Source of the DNA: Azolla caroliniana
Lineage: Eukaryota > Plantae > Polypodiophyta
Assembly: GCA_043228905.1 (NCBI GenBank)
Contig: JBHGNT010000265.1
Location: 1 to 43,194 of the forward strand
Length of the DNA: 43,194 nucleotides
Reading direction: 5' to 3'
Shown one piece after another: positions 25,680 through 36,628 of this stretch. The position numbers and the translations under genes are program-made. Under the pieces are notes generated by a model, which did not search any database, had not been told where the DNA came from, and worked only from the letters and a program-made list of their open reading frames with translations. Numbering within the stretch: the stretch's first letter is position 1; every line of letters begins with the position of its first letter.

Positions 25680-26960
25680 TTACCGGAGACTTCGGCAGTT
25701 CGGCGGACGTGGCAATGTGAGACCGAAAGAGATGGAAGATGGAGGCGGAACCACAACGAGGAGAGTGACGATGAGTTCGGGATAAGTATAAGGGGCGGAT
25801 GCGGAGAACGAAGACCGGTCCTATGGGTCACCTCACACTGGACCTAGAGACTTCGGTGGTCGGCATCGGATCCGACGTAAGACCAAGATACTGAGGGTGG
25901 CGGCAGGAGCACGGGACCCGACAATCCAGAGAGTGACGGACGGACTCGGACGAGAGCCGGGTAGAGCAAACTTTTGGATAACCAATCCGGAAGGGAGGAA
26001 TTGGTAGGCCTACGGAGAGGCCGGAACACGGTACGGCGGTACCAAGGGAGAGTGTGCAGAACAAAACACCCTCTCGACAGGCGGAGAAAGACGACCCAGG
26101 AAGAGGGTTGGGAAGACGAGGTCCAAGGAGGATCCTTCACACCAGATCTAGAGACTTTGGCGGTCGGCATCGGATCCGACGTAAGACCAAGAGACTGACG
26201 GTGGCGGCGAGGTGACGAGGGAAAATGTAGTGAAAGACCGGTCCTATGGCATCCTCACACCAATCCGGAGACATCGGCTGCTCGACCGATGTGGCAACGT
26301 GAGACCGAGTGAGAAGGATGGTGGCGGCGGGAAACGGGAACCGACGATGCGGAAGTGCGGATGGGTGATCCTACGACGAACCTCACACCGGATCTAGAGA
26401 CTTCGGCGGTCGGCATCGGATTCGACGTAAGACCAAGAGGCTGACGGTGGCGGCAGGTGAACGGGATCAAGTAGAAGGGAAGGGCCCACACATTGGATCT
26501 AGAGACTTCAACGGTCAACATCGGATCCGACATAAGACCAAGATACTGACGGTGCCGACAGGTTAACGTGATCGGACAACAAGGCGAAGCGAAAAGAGGA
26601 ATCAGGCCGACGAAGCGGCCACAAGCTGAATCGGGCCTTCTGGCAAGGTCCATGGGCATAAGGAAGTCCGGTCCTACGGGATCCCCACACCAGACAGGAG
26701 ACTCCGGCAGTTTGGCCAATGTGGCAACGTTAAACCGTGAGAGAAGGCTGGTGGCGGCGGGAAACAAGACCAGACGACGCGGAAGACATGAGGAGAGTCA
26801 GGGAGGGACTCAAACAAAAGACACCCGGATTTCGGCAAGCAGCGAAACAAAGAACGGTCCTACGGGATCTTCGCACCGATCCGGAGACTCCGGCTGTTCG
26901 GCCAACGTGGCAACGTAAGACCGAGAGGGAAGGCTAGTGGCGGCAAGGAACGGGACCCGG
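25680..26960 (+). repeat. dispersed/tandem ~75-bp GC-rich motif array inside the LTR element
   Basis: GATCTAGAGACTTCGGCGGTCGGCATCGGATCCGACGTAAGACCAAGA..CTGACGGTGGCGG at ~25840, 26145, 26390 and 26496, plus shorter CCGGAGAC..GTGGCAACGT variants. Confidence 0.85.
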
Positions 26961-28455
26961 CATCGACAATAGCCAACAAGACGGAAGCTGTCTAAGTGCG
27001 AACCCCCTACCGACCGGTTACGGTTACCAAAGGAGCCGGTAAGGGCAAGTACGGGCGGTGTGCCAAGCCGAGAAGGGCACACCCAGAGTTGAAGAAGGAT
27101 CGTGCAAGTGGCCATTGAGGGCCGAATCAGAGCACGACTAAAGGACGACATGCATGCGGTGGTGCCGGGAACGCGGAAAGAGGAGCGCGACGAGCTGCAT
27201 GGGTCAAAAACCGGGAAAGATACACAGGCCAGAGAAGGATCCTCCACACCCACTTCAGAGATCTCGACGGCTCGGTTAGAGTGGCAACGAATGGCATGGC
27301 AAGCCAAGCCCGAGATGACAAGCTGGTGGGGGCAAGGGGACAACGGCGAGCGAAAGGCTTCAACCCGGCGACAACAACGCAAGATGGAAGAGGACCAAGC
27401 AGGCGACTACGGGTATTCCTCGGACGCAGAGGACATGCAAGCGGAGGACCCCGGACTTATGGCGGATAGCGGAGCGTGCCTTCGGCCAAGTAAAGGGCCG
27501 ACAACAAAGTACGCATGCTACGGGGTCGCGACGAATGACCTATTGACGGGTCGAATGGGCCTATGGAGAGGCAAGCACACGAGGATGAACCGGACCCGGG
27601 CGACTTGGATAGCAGGGACGACCAGTTCGAAGCAAATGGCGATCTGGAGGACAAAGGGTAACCGCGGGCCGGTTTTGCTCCGAGAAAAAGGTCTATTTTG
27701 GCGCATACCGGTGGATGCGCGGTTAGGTGGGGGTGGATGTCATGGAGAAAACCGTCCCTAGGAGGAATCAGAGAATGTCGGAAGAATCAGCGGAGTGCAC
27801 CATGTGCAGTTACCCTTGTATAAACGTGTGAATAATAGGAGTCAAGTCGGGATAGAGAATCCCATGTAAGTCGGGATTTATCCCACATTGTAACGCATCC
27901 CTCTCCTTGTTCTATAAAAGGAAAGGAGTGCCCTTTGTGAAGGGGTTGCCAATTTTGATTTGTAAGGGTATACCATTTTGTGTTTTCCTTTCTAGGGTTA
28001 GCTTCTCTTCTTCTGAACGTAGCCGGCTCGCGGCCGTGGTAGTATCTTTCCCCCTTTGTAGGTTTACTTCGGCTCGGCCTCCTGTGCAAGACCCCGCTCG
28101 ACGCGACAAGCCCAAGAGCTCCTCGACGACGGCTTGGCGGCAGGCAGCTGTTGCGACCTAGCTTACCTTAGTCCGGTTCGGGGCCGGAGTTGTAACTCTT
28201 CCATTATAATATATATATATATATATGTTCGGTTGTGCACATGCGCATCTCTGGTAGTGTCGGGTGTTTCCACCCCTTTTGTTTCCTGTGCATAAGAGTC
28301 GGTGTAGCGCGCGCGTTCTCTCTCTCTCTCTCTCCCGTGTTCGGTTGCTTCCGGGATGCGTCCGGAATCGTCTTCTCGGCATCCCTTCCTCACTCGTCTG
28401 AGACCCCCGTGGTCCCGCCCCTTCTACACGCAGGCACGTAATAACGCGACAACGT

Positions 28456-29072
28456 GTAGGATCTTAGGAGGATCGAATGAATGGAAACAGAGAGAGAGAC
28501 GCCCGGATCAAGGAGACACACATGTAACAATCGAATGAATAGATTAAAATAGACAGAGTACAACCGATCTGGCCGGTAACAGAGCTGCGCGCTCGCCAAA
28601 CAACAACCCACTCCCACCCACGCACACACACACATGCACACGCACCGATTCAACGAGGAGCCTCTGTCGGAAGCTCACGGGCTTCCTACGCAAGTAGAGG
28701 CGTCCAACCCGAACTCAACACCAAGACACCCATAGAGAGAGATCAGAACCCAAACCGGCAACACTTCCCTCTTTGAGAAATGCGGATCCCTCCTTTTATA
28801 GGCCAAGGAGAGAGTTGGTTGTTACATCAGGCAGTTAAACTGGCCACTTCAGACAGAGATTTTCCTTGATCTCCTCGCGTCAAACTCCCATATTCCACTC
28901 TATCCATGCGGAACTTTAAAGTGCCTATTAAATCCTAGTCCCTAACGCTTACTAGTCCTATGTTATTTACATGTGTTTATACATAAAGGCATATTTGAGT
29001 GCATCAACGCACACCCTCGTTCACGCGCATTCGGCCCCCCCATTCCTCTAGCAGCCGGAATTCTCCACGACA
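28456..29072 (-). repeat. solo LTR (with 23188-23211) hosting the 23212-28451 element
   Basis: Minus strand begins TGTCGTGGAGAA, matching the start of the inserted element's LTR. Confidence 0.6.
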
Positions 29073-29199
29073 ATGTGTTCTTCTATCCAATCTATTTTCC
29101 TTCTTTTTACTTTATTTTGGTCTAATGATTAGTAATAGACTCTTAATAGATGAATTGGGGTATTCTCTACAAGTTGACCACACCGATTCGACTCGAAGG

Positions 29200-29680
29200 G
29201 CACACATATACCGATTGGCCCAGCTACAAAGCTGATTGATGATCAACCTCCGGATTTGTCTTCTTCCTCATCAACGAAGCCATATCCTGGAGCAGTAAAA
29301 GCAGATGGCAGTCACATAGCGAGTATAGAGGCTGAATACAGGGGTGCGGTCGTTGCCACATGTGAAGGCGTGTGGCTCATGAGGATTCTAAAGGATCTAG
29401 ACGTCTCCATCAAAGATCCAATCCCCCTATACTGTGACAACCTAAGCAATATTCACCTAGCTCGCAACCCGGTCTTCCACGCTCGGACTAAGCACATTGA
29501 GGTGCATTATCACTTCATCTGAGAACATGTCCTCGAAAGAGAATATGTCAACCTACATCACATTAGTACAAACCTGGAGACAATCAACATCTTCACGAAG
29601 GCCTTGGGAGCTGACAAGCTACGGTAGTTCATGAAGAACCTAGGACTCTCGACAGATGACCAGTCGAGCTTGAGGGTAGT
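29200..29680 (+). pseudogene. copia RNase H fragment with PPT remnant
   Basis: SIEAEYRG..LYCDNLS..NPVFHARTKHIEVHYHFI, then GAGCTTGAGGGTAG. Confidence 0.85.
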
Positions 29681-29689
29681 GATGAAGAG

Positions 29690-31048
29690 CTCCTGACATA
29701 GATGAAGAGTTGCCTGACACAAATGTGATATGTATGAACATCTTCAAGGAAAGTACCTTAATAACAATTACTTTAGAAAATTTTGGGCTAGAGTTGCATC
29801 CAAAACATATGACATAAATGTTACATCCTCGAAAGGAACCTTCCACATTGTGGAGTGTCTACTCTACCGTACAAAAAGGTTTGAGTCCCCAATTTTCCTA
29901 AGGTATAAAAGAATTTATTTTTCGAATGTTCAACAGGGCATCCTGGAATACATTGTACGCTCCTTATTTCTACTTAAATTTGGCCCTAAATTGTGTCATG
30001 ATGTGGAAGATTATGTGATTAAATGTCACTAATGTAAGGTTAACAAGGCTCAATGGCTTAAGACTACAAGTCTTTTATATCCTTTGGACAGTTTGGTTAA
30101 CAAATGGGAAATCATATCAATGGATTTCAATGTTAGTTTGTCATGAACTAGAAAGGCTATGATGGCCATTTGGGTGGTGGTTGATAGATTAACAAATTTG
30201 GCCACATCCATTCCTACGAAATCCACAATGACAACTCAAGATTTTTCTTACGAATTCATTAATGAGTTATTCCAATGCCATGGGTTTCCGATGGATATTG
30301 TGAATGACAAAGATACTAAGTTTACTAGTGATTTCTAAACACAAATATTTAAGAAACTAGAAACTACTTTGAGCATGAGTTCCACAAACCACCGTCGGTG
30401 TAACTCATAAATAAAACAAGTTAACCCAAAACTTTGAGGATATGCTTCAAGCGTATGTTCTATATCTTCCTATTTTGGAGTTTGGTTATAACAGCTCCAA
30501 CCATACATCAACTAGATATAGTCCTTTTATGTTAATGTATGATTTACAATCACATGCCTCAATCAATGTCAACATTTATCATGATGAGCTATAAAGTACC
30601 CAAAACTTTCTACGAAATTTGCAAGACATATTTCATATAGCTTGGGTAAATATAAAAATGACTCAAGACAGATGCCGCTTTTATGCCGATCAACATTGGC
30701 AACTGTGAGTATTTCTCCTTGGACAAAAAGTGTTTTTAAGTGTGCCTTATGACTCTACAAAATTGTCTATCTGTAAGTGTGCTAAATTAGCCCAACACTT
30801 TTGCAGACCTTTCATAGTACTCAAGCATATTGGTGCACTTGCATATTTCCTAGACCGTCTAGCTAGTATCAAAGTCCATCTTGTCTTTCATGTTAGTTGT
30901 CTCAATGAGCTTTTGGGTTCTAATGATTATTTAGTTTCTACTAAAACTCTGGCTACTTTTGAGGATTTTGCATTCAAACCTAATAAGCCATAAAGAATTC
31001 TCAATTCTAAAACTAAACACTTATGATCTAAGCATATTCAAGAGTTTA
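29690..31048 (+). pseudogene. degenerate Ty3/gypsy integrase
   Basis: DVEDYVIKCH*CKVNK, KWEIISMDF, IWVVVDRLT, HGFPMDIVNDKDTKFTSDF, KVHLVFHVSCL. Confidence 0.85.
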
Positions 31049-31097
31049 TGTAAAGAAATGAGAGGCGGAAGTGAACTTTGTGTGTATGTAAGACAAG

Positions 31098-31164
<67 letters not shown>

Positions 31165-34100
31165 TTAGAACACTTAGAAGCTATATTAGCAAACAATAGA
31201 AATTACATCCAACACTATCTAAGTTACAAAAGGTTGGTTTAAATACCAACTAACCTAGGGCAACTGCCCTTTCTGCTATTTACAAAAGTAGCCTAGTGTG
31301 TCCATTGCTAGTGTGAAAGCCATTTCATTGGGAAGTTGGGTTTGATTCTCAACATGTCCCTTCGAAACAAACTTCCGGTCGTCGGAGAGATTGTCTTGTT
31401 GTTTTGGCTCGTTTCGGCTTTTTGGATTTCTCGGCTCTATGGCCGGATGGTCGGTCGGCACGACTTCAATTGTTCGGTTGACTCAGCTTTGATTTTGTGG
31501 CTCCCCTTGATTGCTTTTCGACATCTGCGTTGGACTCGTTAGTTATTGTACCCCCCCTCATGCTCGACAATGTAGAAATTGCAAGATCAAGGTCTGCTGT
31601 AAATTGCTTGAGCTTGTTGACTCTTAAGGCCTTTGTGAAGATGTCAGTGACCTAGAGATTCGTGTCGAATTGCTACAGGTCGACATCTCTAGCCTGAACG
31701 CGTTGTCCGATGAAGTGGTAGTGCACTTCAATATGTTTTATATGTGCTTGGAACACCGGGTTCCGAGCTAGATGAATGTTGCTCCTTTTGTCGTAGTATA
31801 GGAGAATCGAATCCTTGATAGGAATGCCCAGATCCTTCAATATTTGTTTTAGCCACACGACTTCACATGTGGCGACGATTATGCCCCTTTATTTGTCCTC
31901 TATGCTCGATAGTGCAACGATCGGTTGCTTTTTACTACTCGACGATATGGCTTTGCTATTGAGAGAGAAGACGAATACCGAAGTCGATCATCTGTCGGCC
32001 CAGTCTGCATCTGTGTACCCTTCGAGTCGAATGACCGTGTCTGACTTATACATGATGCCGTAATCCATCATCCCACGGACGTACTTGAGTACTCTCTTAG
32101 CGCGATCCAGATGAATATCTTGAGGTTTCTACATGAATTGGCTAACTAGACCGACTGGATAGCTGAGGTCGGCTCGTGTGATGGTTAGATAGATTAAGTT
32201 GCTGATCAGCTGACGATATTGAGTCGGCTCACACTCTTATGTCCCTGAGTCGGCATCGAACTTAAGGTTGTGATTGAGGGGGGTTGACACAGGTTTGCAC
32301 TCAGTCATCCCGAACTTGTACAACAAGTTGAGAATGTAGTGTCATTGGGAGATCAGTGCCCTAACAGGTATCCTAATTACTTTGATATCGAGGAAGTAAT
32401 GGAGCTTGTGCATATCTTTCATTTCGAATCTGCTGGATAAGAGTGATTTGACTTACTAATATGGGCTAGATTCTTTCCTCTGATGACTAGATCATCCACG
32501 TATAGGATGATGACAATCGGATTATCCGACTCACTTCTGACGTAGAGGGAATTATCTAATTTCGACATTCGGAAGCCGATTTGATGAAGATATTGGGTGA
32601 TCTTGGAGTGCCAAGCACACGATGTTTGCTTGAGTCCGTACAATGGCTTCTTGAGTCGGTAGATTGTGGTTGGATGCTTGGTCGATTTGAAAATAGGTGG
32701 TTGAATCATGAAGACCTCCTCTTCTAATTCTCCTTGAAGAAAGGCGTTCTTTATGTCCATTTGATGGAGGTGCCACCCTTTAATAGTTGTGAGAGCAATT
32801 ACTATCTGAACAATGTTCATCTTTGCCACTGGGGCAAAGGTCTCCTCATAGTCGACTTTGTGTGTTTGAGCGTATCCCTTAGCTACGAGTTGTGCCTTGT
32901 AGCGGTTGACCGAGCGGTCAACATTATATTTAACCTTGAAGATCCATCTACAGTCGATTTCTTTCTTGTGTGGAGAAGAGGGGATGAGATCCCATAGCTT
33001 GTTCTTTCATAGCGCCTACATCTCCTCGTTCATGGCTTCGATCCATCGTGAATCCTTGGCTACCTCGGAAAATGTTTCCAGTTCTTGAACTGTCGCCATC
33101 TTCATCATAAAGGCATAATGATATGCCATATAGTTTTCGTAGCCGAATCGGCTGACTAGGTTTTTCTCCCAGGTGGAGCGATTGAGCTTCTCGTTTGCTA
33201 CAACTATCACTTTCTTAACTCCATTTGTCCGGATAACCGATGCATCAAGGCCTTCGAACTCATTGTCAAGGGAGTGAGTAGACTCATTGCCAACCGGATC
33301 TTCGTATTCCAGCATTTTGGCCTTTCCTTTGTCCAACTTCGGACTCGTCTGAGATGTGCTTTGATCGCTCAGTGGCTCTTGAGGTCCACTCATTCTGATT
33401 GTAATCGGACTTTCTTCGAGCATGTGCCTGAGTCGATCTTCATCTTCTATCGCTTGGTCGACTAAATCTGGGTTGACTGGGGTTGTGGTCGAAGTTGTGT
33501 CTAGTTCGTACCAAAACGCCGATTCGTCGAAAATGACGTCTCGACTAACTCAAACTTTTTGGGTAGATGGATTGTAACATTTGTACCCCTTTTGTTCAAG
33601 TGAGTACCCTACGAAGATACATTTCTCCAAGTTTGGATCAAGCTTTTGTTAGTTCTCATCGGGAACATGCACATAAGCAATTGAGCCGAAGATCCTCACG
33701 TGGGATAAATCTGGCTTCTTCCTAAAGAACTTTTCGTGAGGGGTGACGTTGTGTACCCTAGAGGTTGTACACCTGTTCATGAGGTAGACGGTTGTGTTAA
33801 CCGCTTTTGCCTAGTACGACTTCAACAGGTTCTTCTCGTTCATCATTTCCCTAGCCACCTCTATTATGTTTCGATTCTTTCGTTTGGCTACTCCGTTTTG
33901 TTGAGGTGTGTGTCGGTAGGAGAATTGTCATCGAATTCCTTCCTTTAGAGATAAGTTGTAAATTCGCTTGAGAAGTACTCCTTGCCTCATCCGATTGAAG
34001 GCATTGGCCATGCCGGCCTGTAACTTTTTTGACTTCGTTCTTAAATGTTTGGAAGTGTCTGAAATCCAGGTGTGCCCGGAGAAGTTGTCGATGAACATGA

Positions 34101-34331
34101 CATAATATCAGCATCTGCTGAATGTGGTTGTTTGTGTTGGTCCCCATCTGTCGGAGTGGACTACGTCCAAGACTCCTTTTACTCACATTCCTCTCTATCG
34201 GGAATGGATGTCAGAATTGTTTACCGAATTGGCACGCCTCACATATGCCAACACTCTCTCTTTCTTCTTTCGATTGCATGTTCTGGAGCTTCTGGAGATT
34301 GATGTGGCCGATTCTCTTGTGCCACAATTTC
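31049..34331 (-). mobile_element. Ty1/copia element 3: 3' LTR (~31049-31548), PPT, degenerate RNase H/RT/integrase, broken in GAG-pre-integrase
   Basis: HIEVHYHF, IILYVDDLVI, QMDIKNAFLQG, SRWIEAMNEEM, LWHKRIGH at the break. Confidence 0.9.
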
Positions 34332-34411
34332 GAGTTCTAGACCGTGAGGTCAATACAAGGAGTGCGAACGGTATACAATCGGTGGGTGAATGTGAGATTA
34401 AGAGTGAGAAT

Positions 34412-34451
<40 letters not shown>

Positions 34452-34544
34452 CACAAAGAATTGTGAGTTCTAGACCGTGAGGTCAATACAAGGAGTGCGA
34501 ACGGTATACAATTGGTGGGTGAATGTGAGATTAAGAGTGAGAAT

Positions 34545-34592
<48 letters not shown>

Positions 34593-34665
34593 TGTACAAA
34601 GTTTAGAGAGAGAGAAATAGACTAAAGACTAATTCATATTAAGAAACTTAAAAAGTAATACAAAG

Positions 34666-34727
34666 AAATGGTCGATGTGGCAAACTAGTTTCGCTCCTAC
34701 GGAGCTCATCAGTGCACAAGACCATTT
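34666..34727 (-). ncRNA. type I hammerhead ribozyme, variant A
   Basis: Minus strand: AAAUGGUC-UUGUGCA CUGAUGA GCUCC-GUA-GGAGC GAAA C-UA-GUU UGC-CACAUC-GACCAUUU. Confidence 0.95.
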
Positions 34728-34740
34728 AGAATTGGAGGGG

Positions 34741-34748
34741 TTTATATA
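34741..34748 (-). promoter_or_regulatory. TATA box upstream of hammerhead A (also 37876-37883 and ~42832-42839)
   Basis: CCCTATATAAACC at conserved spacing from stem I in both families. Confidence 0.65.
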
Positions 34749-34784
34749 GGGAAGATAAGGATGTGTGTGTGTGTGTGTGTGTGC

Positions 34785-34836
<52 letters not shown>

Positions 34837-35368
34837 TTGTGTGTGTGTGTGTGTTCAAATTTGATGATGTAGGAGATATGGGGTTTGATATATTTGGTGT
34901 GGGATAGAAGATTTTTTGGGGTTATTTGAAAAACATGTAGGGGAGTGTGAGAGAGAAAGAGAGAGGAAGGGTAAGAGAGAAGTGTGTGAGGTGGGAGTTA
35001 GGGATGGTGAAGTACGTTAGAATGTATGGAGATCTTTGAAAAAAGGAGGGGGGTAGGAAGAATTGGAGGGTATATTGGAAATTAAAGTGGAGGAGGAAAG
35101 GGTAGAGTGAGATTAAGAAAAATGAAAGGGGGAGGGGTATGAGAAATTTACTAAAAGAGGGAGGGGTATGAATGTAATTCTGGAAAAAAGGAAGGGGGAA
35201 AGGGGTAGATTGAAATTAGTGAACGAGACAGGGGTAGAGTAAATTGACAAAGTGGGAATGAAGTGAAAAGATCACCAAGAATGATTCAAGCGCACCCAAA
35301 TCGTTTCATATACTTGGCGTGAGTTAGGGAAAGGTAGGGGTAAAGTTAGAGTGGCAATGAAAAAGTAA

Positions 35369-35391
35369 AGGGTTTAGGGTTTAGGGTTTAG
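35369..35391 (+). repeat. perfect telomeric repeats (TTTAGGG) at the A/B junction
   Basis: AGGG TTTAGGG TTTAGGG TTTAG, absent from the uninterrupted copies of A (38510) and B (41183). Confidence 0.9.
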
Positions 35392-35783
35392 TCTTCTACC
35401 CTCATTGCTCTCTCACCTTTTTTTTTGCTTACCTTACCCCTCCTCTTCCTTTTTTCTAAAACCTTAGCCTCCTCTTTGTAAGTCCCTTCGTTTTCTTTTT
35501 ACTCTTTCTCCACCTTTCTATTTTTATATTTCTACCCTCACCCATGTTCTACTTTTCTTACCCTACCCCTCCCATCCTCTTCCTAAATCTATAGCCTTCA
35601 CCTTTATTTTCCCACACATGTCTCTCTCCCTTACCTCTCTCCTCTTTCCTTTCTCTCTCTTACTTTTTCTAGTTTACACACACATCTCTCTCCTCTCTCT
35701 CCCCTTTTGCTCTCTCTTAATTTTTTCACGTTTTCCCACTCTCTCTCCTCCTAGATCTACTCACTCCCCTTATGTCTACTCAT

Positions 35784-35817
<34 letters not shown>

Positions 35818-36091
35818 TCCCTTCTCATCATCTCACGTAAGCCTTGTTTCCCCCTCTCTCTTAATGCCCCTTATATTTCCTCACTTTTTACATTTTATAT
35901 CCTAAACTATCCCTTTTCTTCTTATCCCTCCTTTTACAATATAACCTCATACCAAAGCCTTCCCCTTATCACATTAAAGCCCATAAAATCCTCTTCCTTC
36001 TTCTCCAAATCTTTCCCCCCCTTTCAATCACATCCATAAGCACAACCCCACTCCCTATTGTCATTTCTCTAAAGCCACTCCAAAAACTCCC

Positions 36092-36099
36092 TATATAAA
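36092..36099 (+). promoter_or_regulatory. TATA box upstream of hammerhead B (also ~39226-39233)
   Basis: CCCTATATAAACC, with the TATA starting 21 nt before stem I. Confidence 0.65.
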
Positions 36100-36112
36100 C
36101 CTATCCACCCCG

Positions 36113-36173
36113 AATGGTCATGGTAGCACTGATGAGCCCCGTAGGGGGCGAAACTAGTTTGCTCATGACCATT
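36113..36173 (+). ncRNA. type I hammerhead ribozyme, variant B
   Basis: AAUGGUCAUG-GUA-GCA CUGAUGA GCCCC-GUAG-GGGGC GAAA C-UA-GUU UGC-U-CAUGACCAUU, predicted cut 36159/36160. Confidence 0.95.
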
Positions 36174-36456
36174 ACCCATCGTATTGTAATTTTTCCTTTT
36201 TCTTAATGAAAATTAGTCTCCTTCTTAATCTCTCCCTCTTTCTAATCTAGACTATTTAGCTTATGGTTATGTTTTACCTTGTTTCTAATTTTAATGTTAG
36301 TGATTAATCCCTCGTCTCTCTCTCTCTCTCTCTCTCTCTCTCCCCTTCCTCTATCTCTTATTATGCCTCACTTACACCAAGTTTGTCAAATGATTTGGGT
36401 GTGCTCAAATTATTCTTGGTGTTTCTTTTCACTTTATCCCCTCTTGCACTTAATCG

Positions 36457-36628
36457 TAAACCCTTTTACCCTCTAAACCCTAAGCCCAAAACAATCACTA
36501 AACCCTAATTCTTAAACCCTAACCCTAACTCTTAAACCCTAACCCTACCCCTAAACCTAACTCTTAAACCCTAACCCTAACCCTAAACCAAAACCAAAAC
36601 TCAAACCCTAATTCCTAAACCCTAAACC
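36457..36628 (+). repeat. degenerate C-strand telomere-like array (CCCTAAA/CCCTAA) inside element B
   Basis: Many TAAACCCTAA/ACCCTAA units. The second copy at ~39591-39787 has extra units. Confidence 0.88.

Larger units (their letters stand above)
23212..28451 (+). mobile_element. complete non-autonomous gypsy-type LTR element (gag remnant, no pol)
   Basis: LTRs 23212-23909 and 27738-28451 (TGTC..GACA), 4-bp TSD ACGT, PBS 23914-23931, PPT GGTTAGGTGGGGGTGGA. Confidence 0.92.
34332..35372 (-). mobile_element. hammerhead element A, segment 1
   Basis: Near-identical to ~37470-38509. Confidence 0.85.

Noticed and set aside
25680-26960. Repeat-spacer pattern suggestive of a CRISPR array
   Set aside because: Eukaryotic context, long irregular degenerate units inside an LTR element, no cas genes
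24587-27761. 206-, 190- and 219-aa ORFs inside the pol-less LTR element as cargo genes
   Set aside because: GC-rich sequence is open in many overlapping frames on both strands, and I see no recognisable domain
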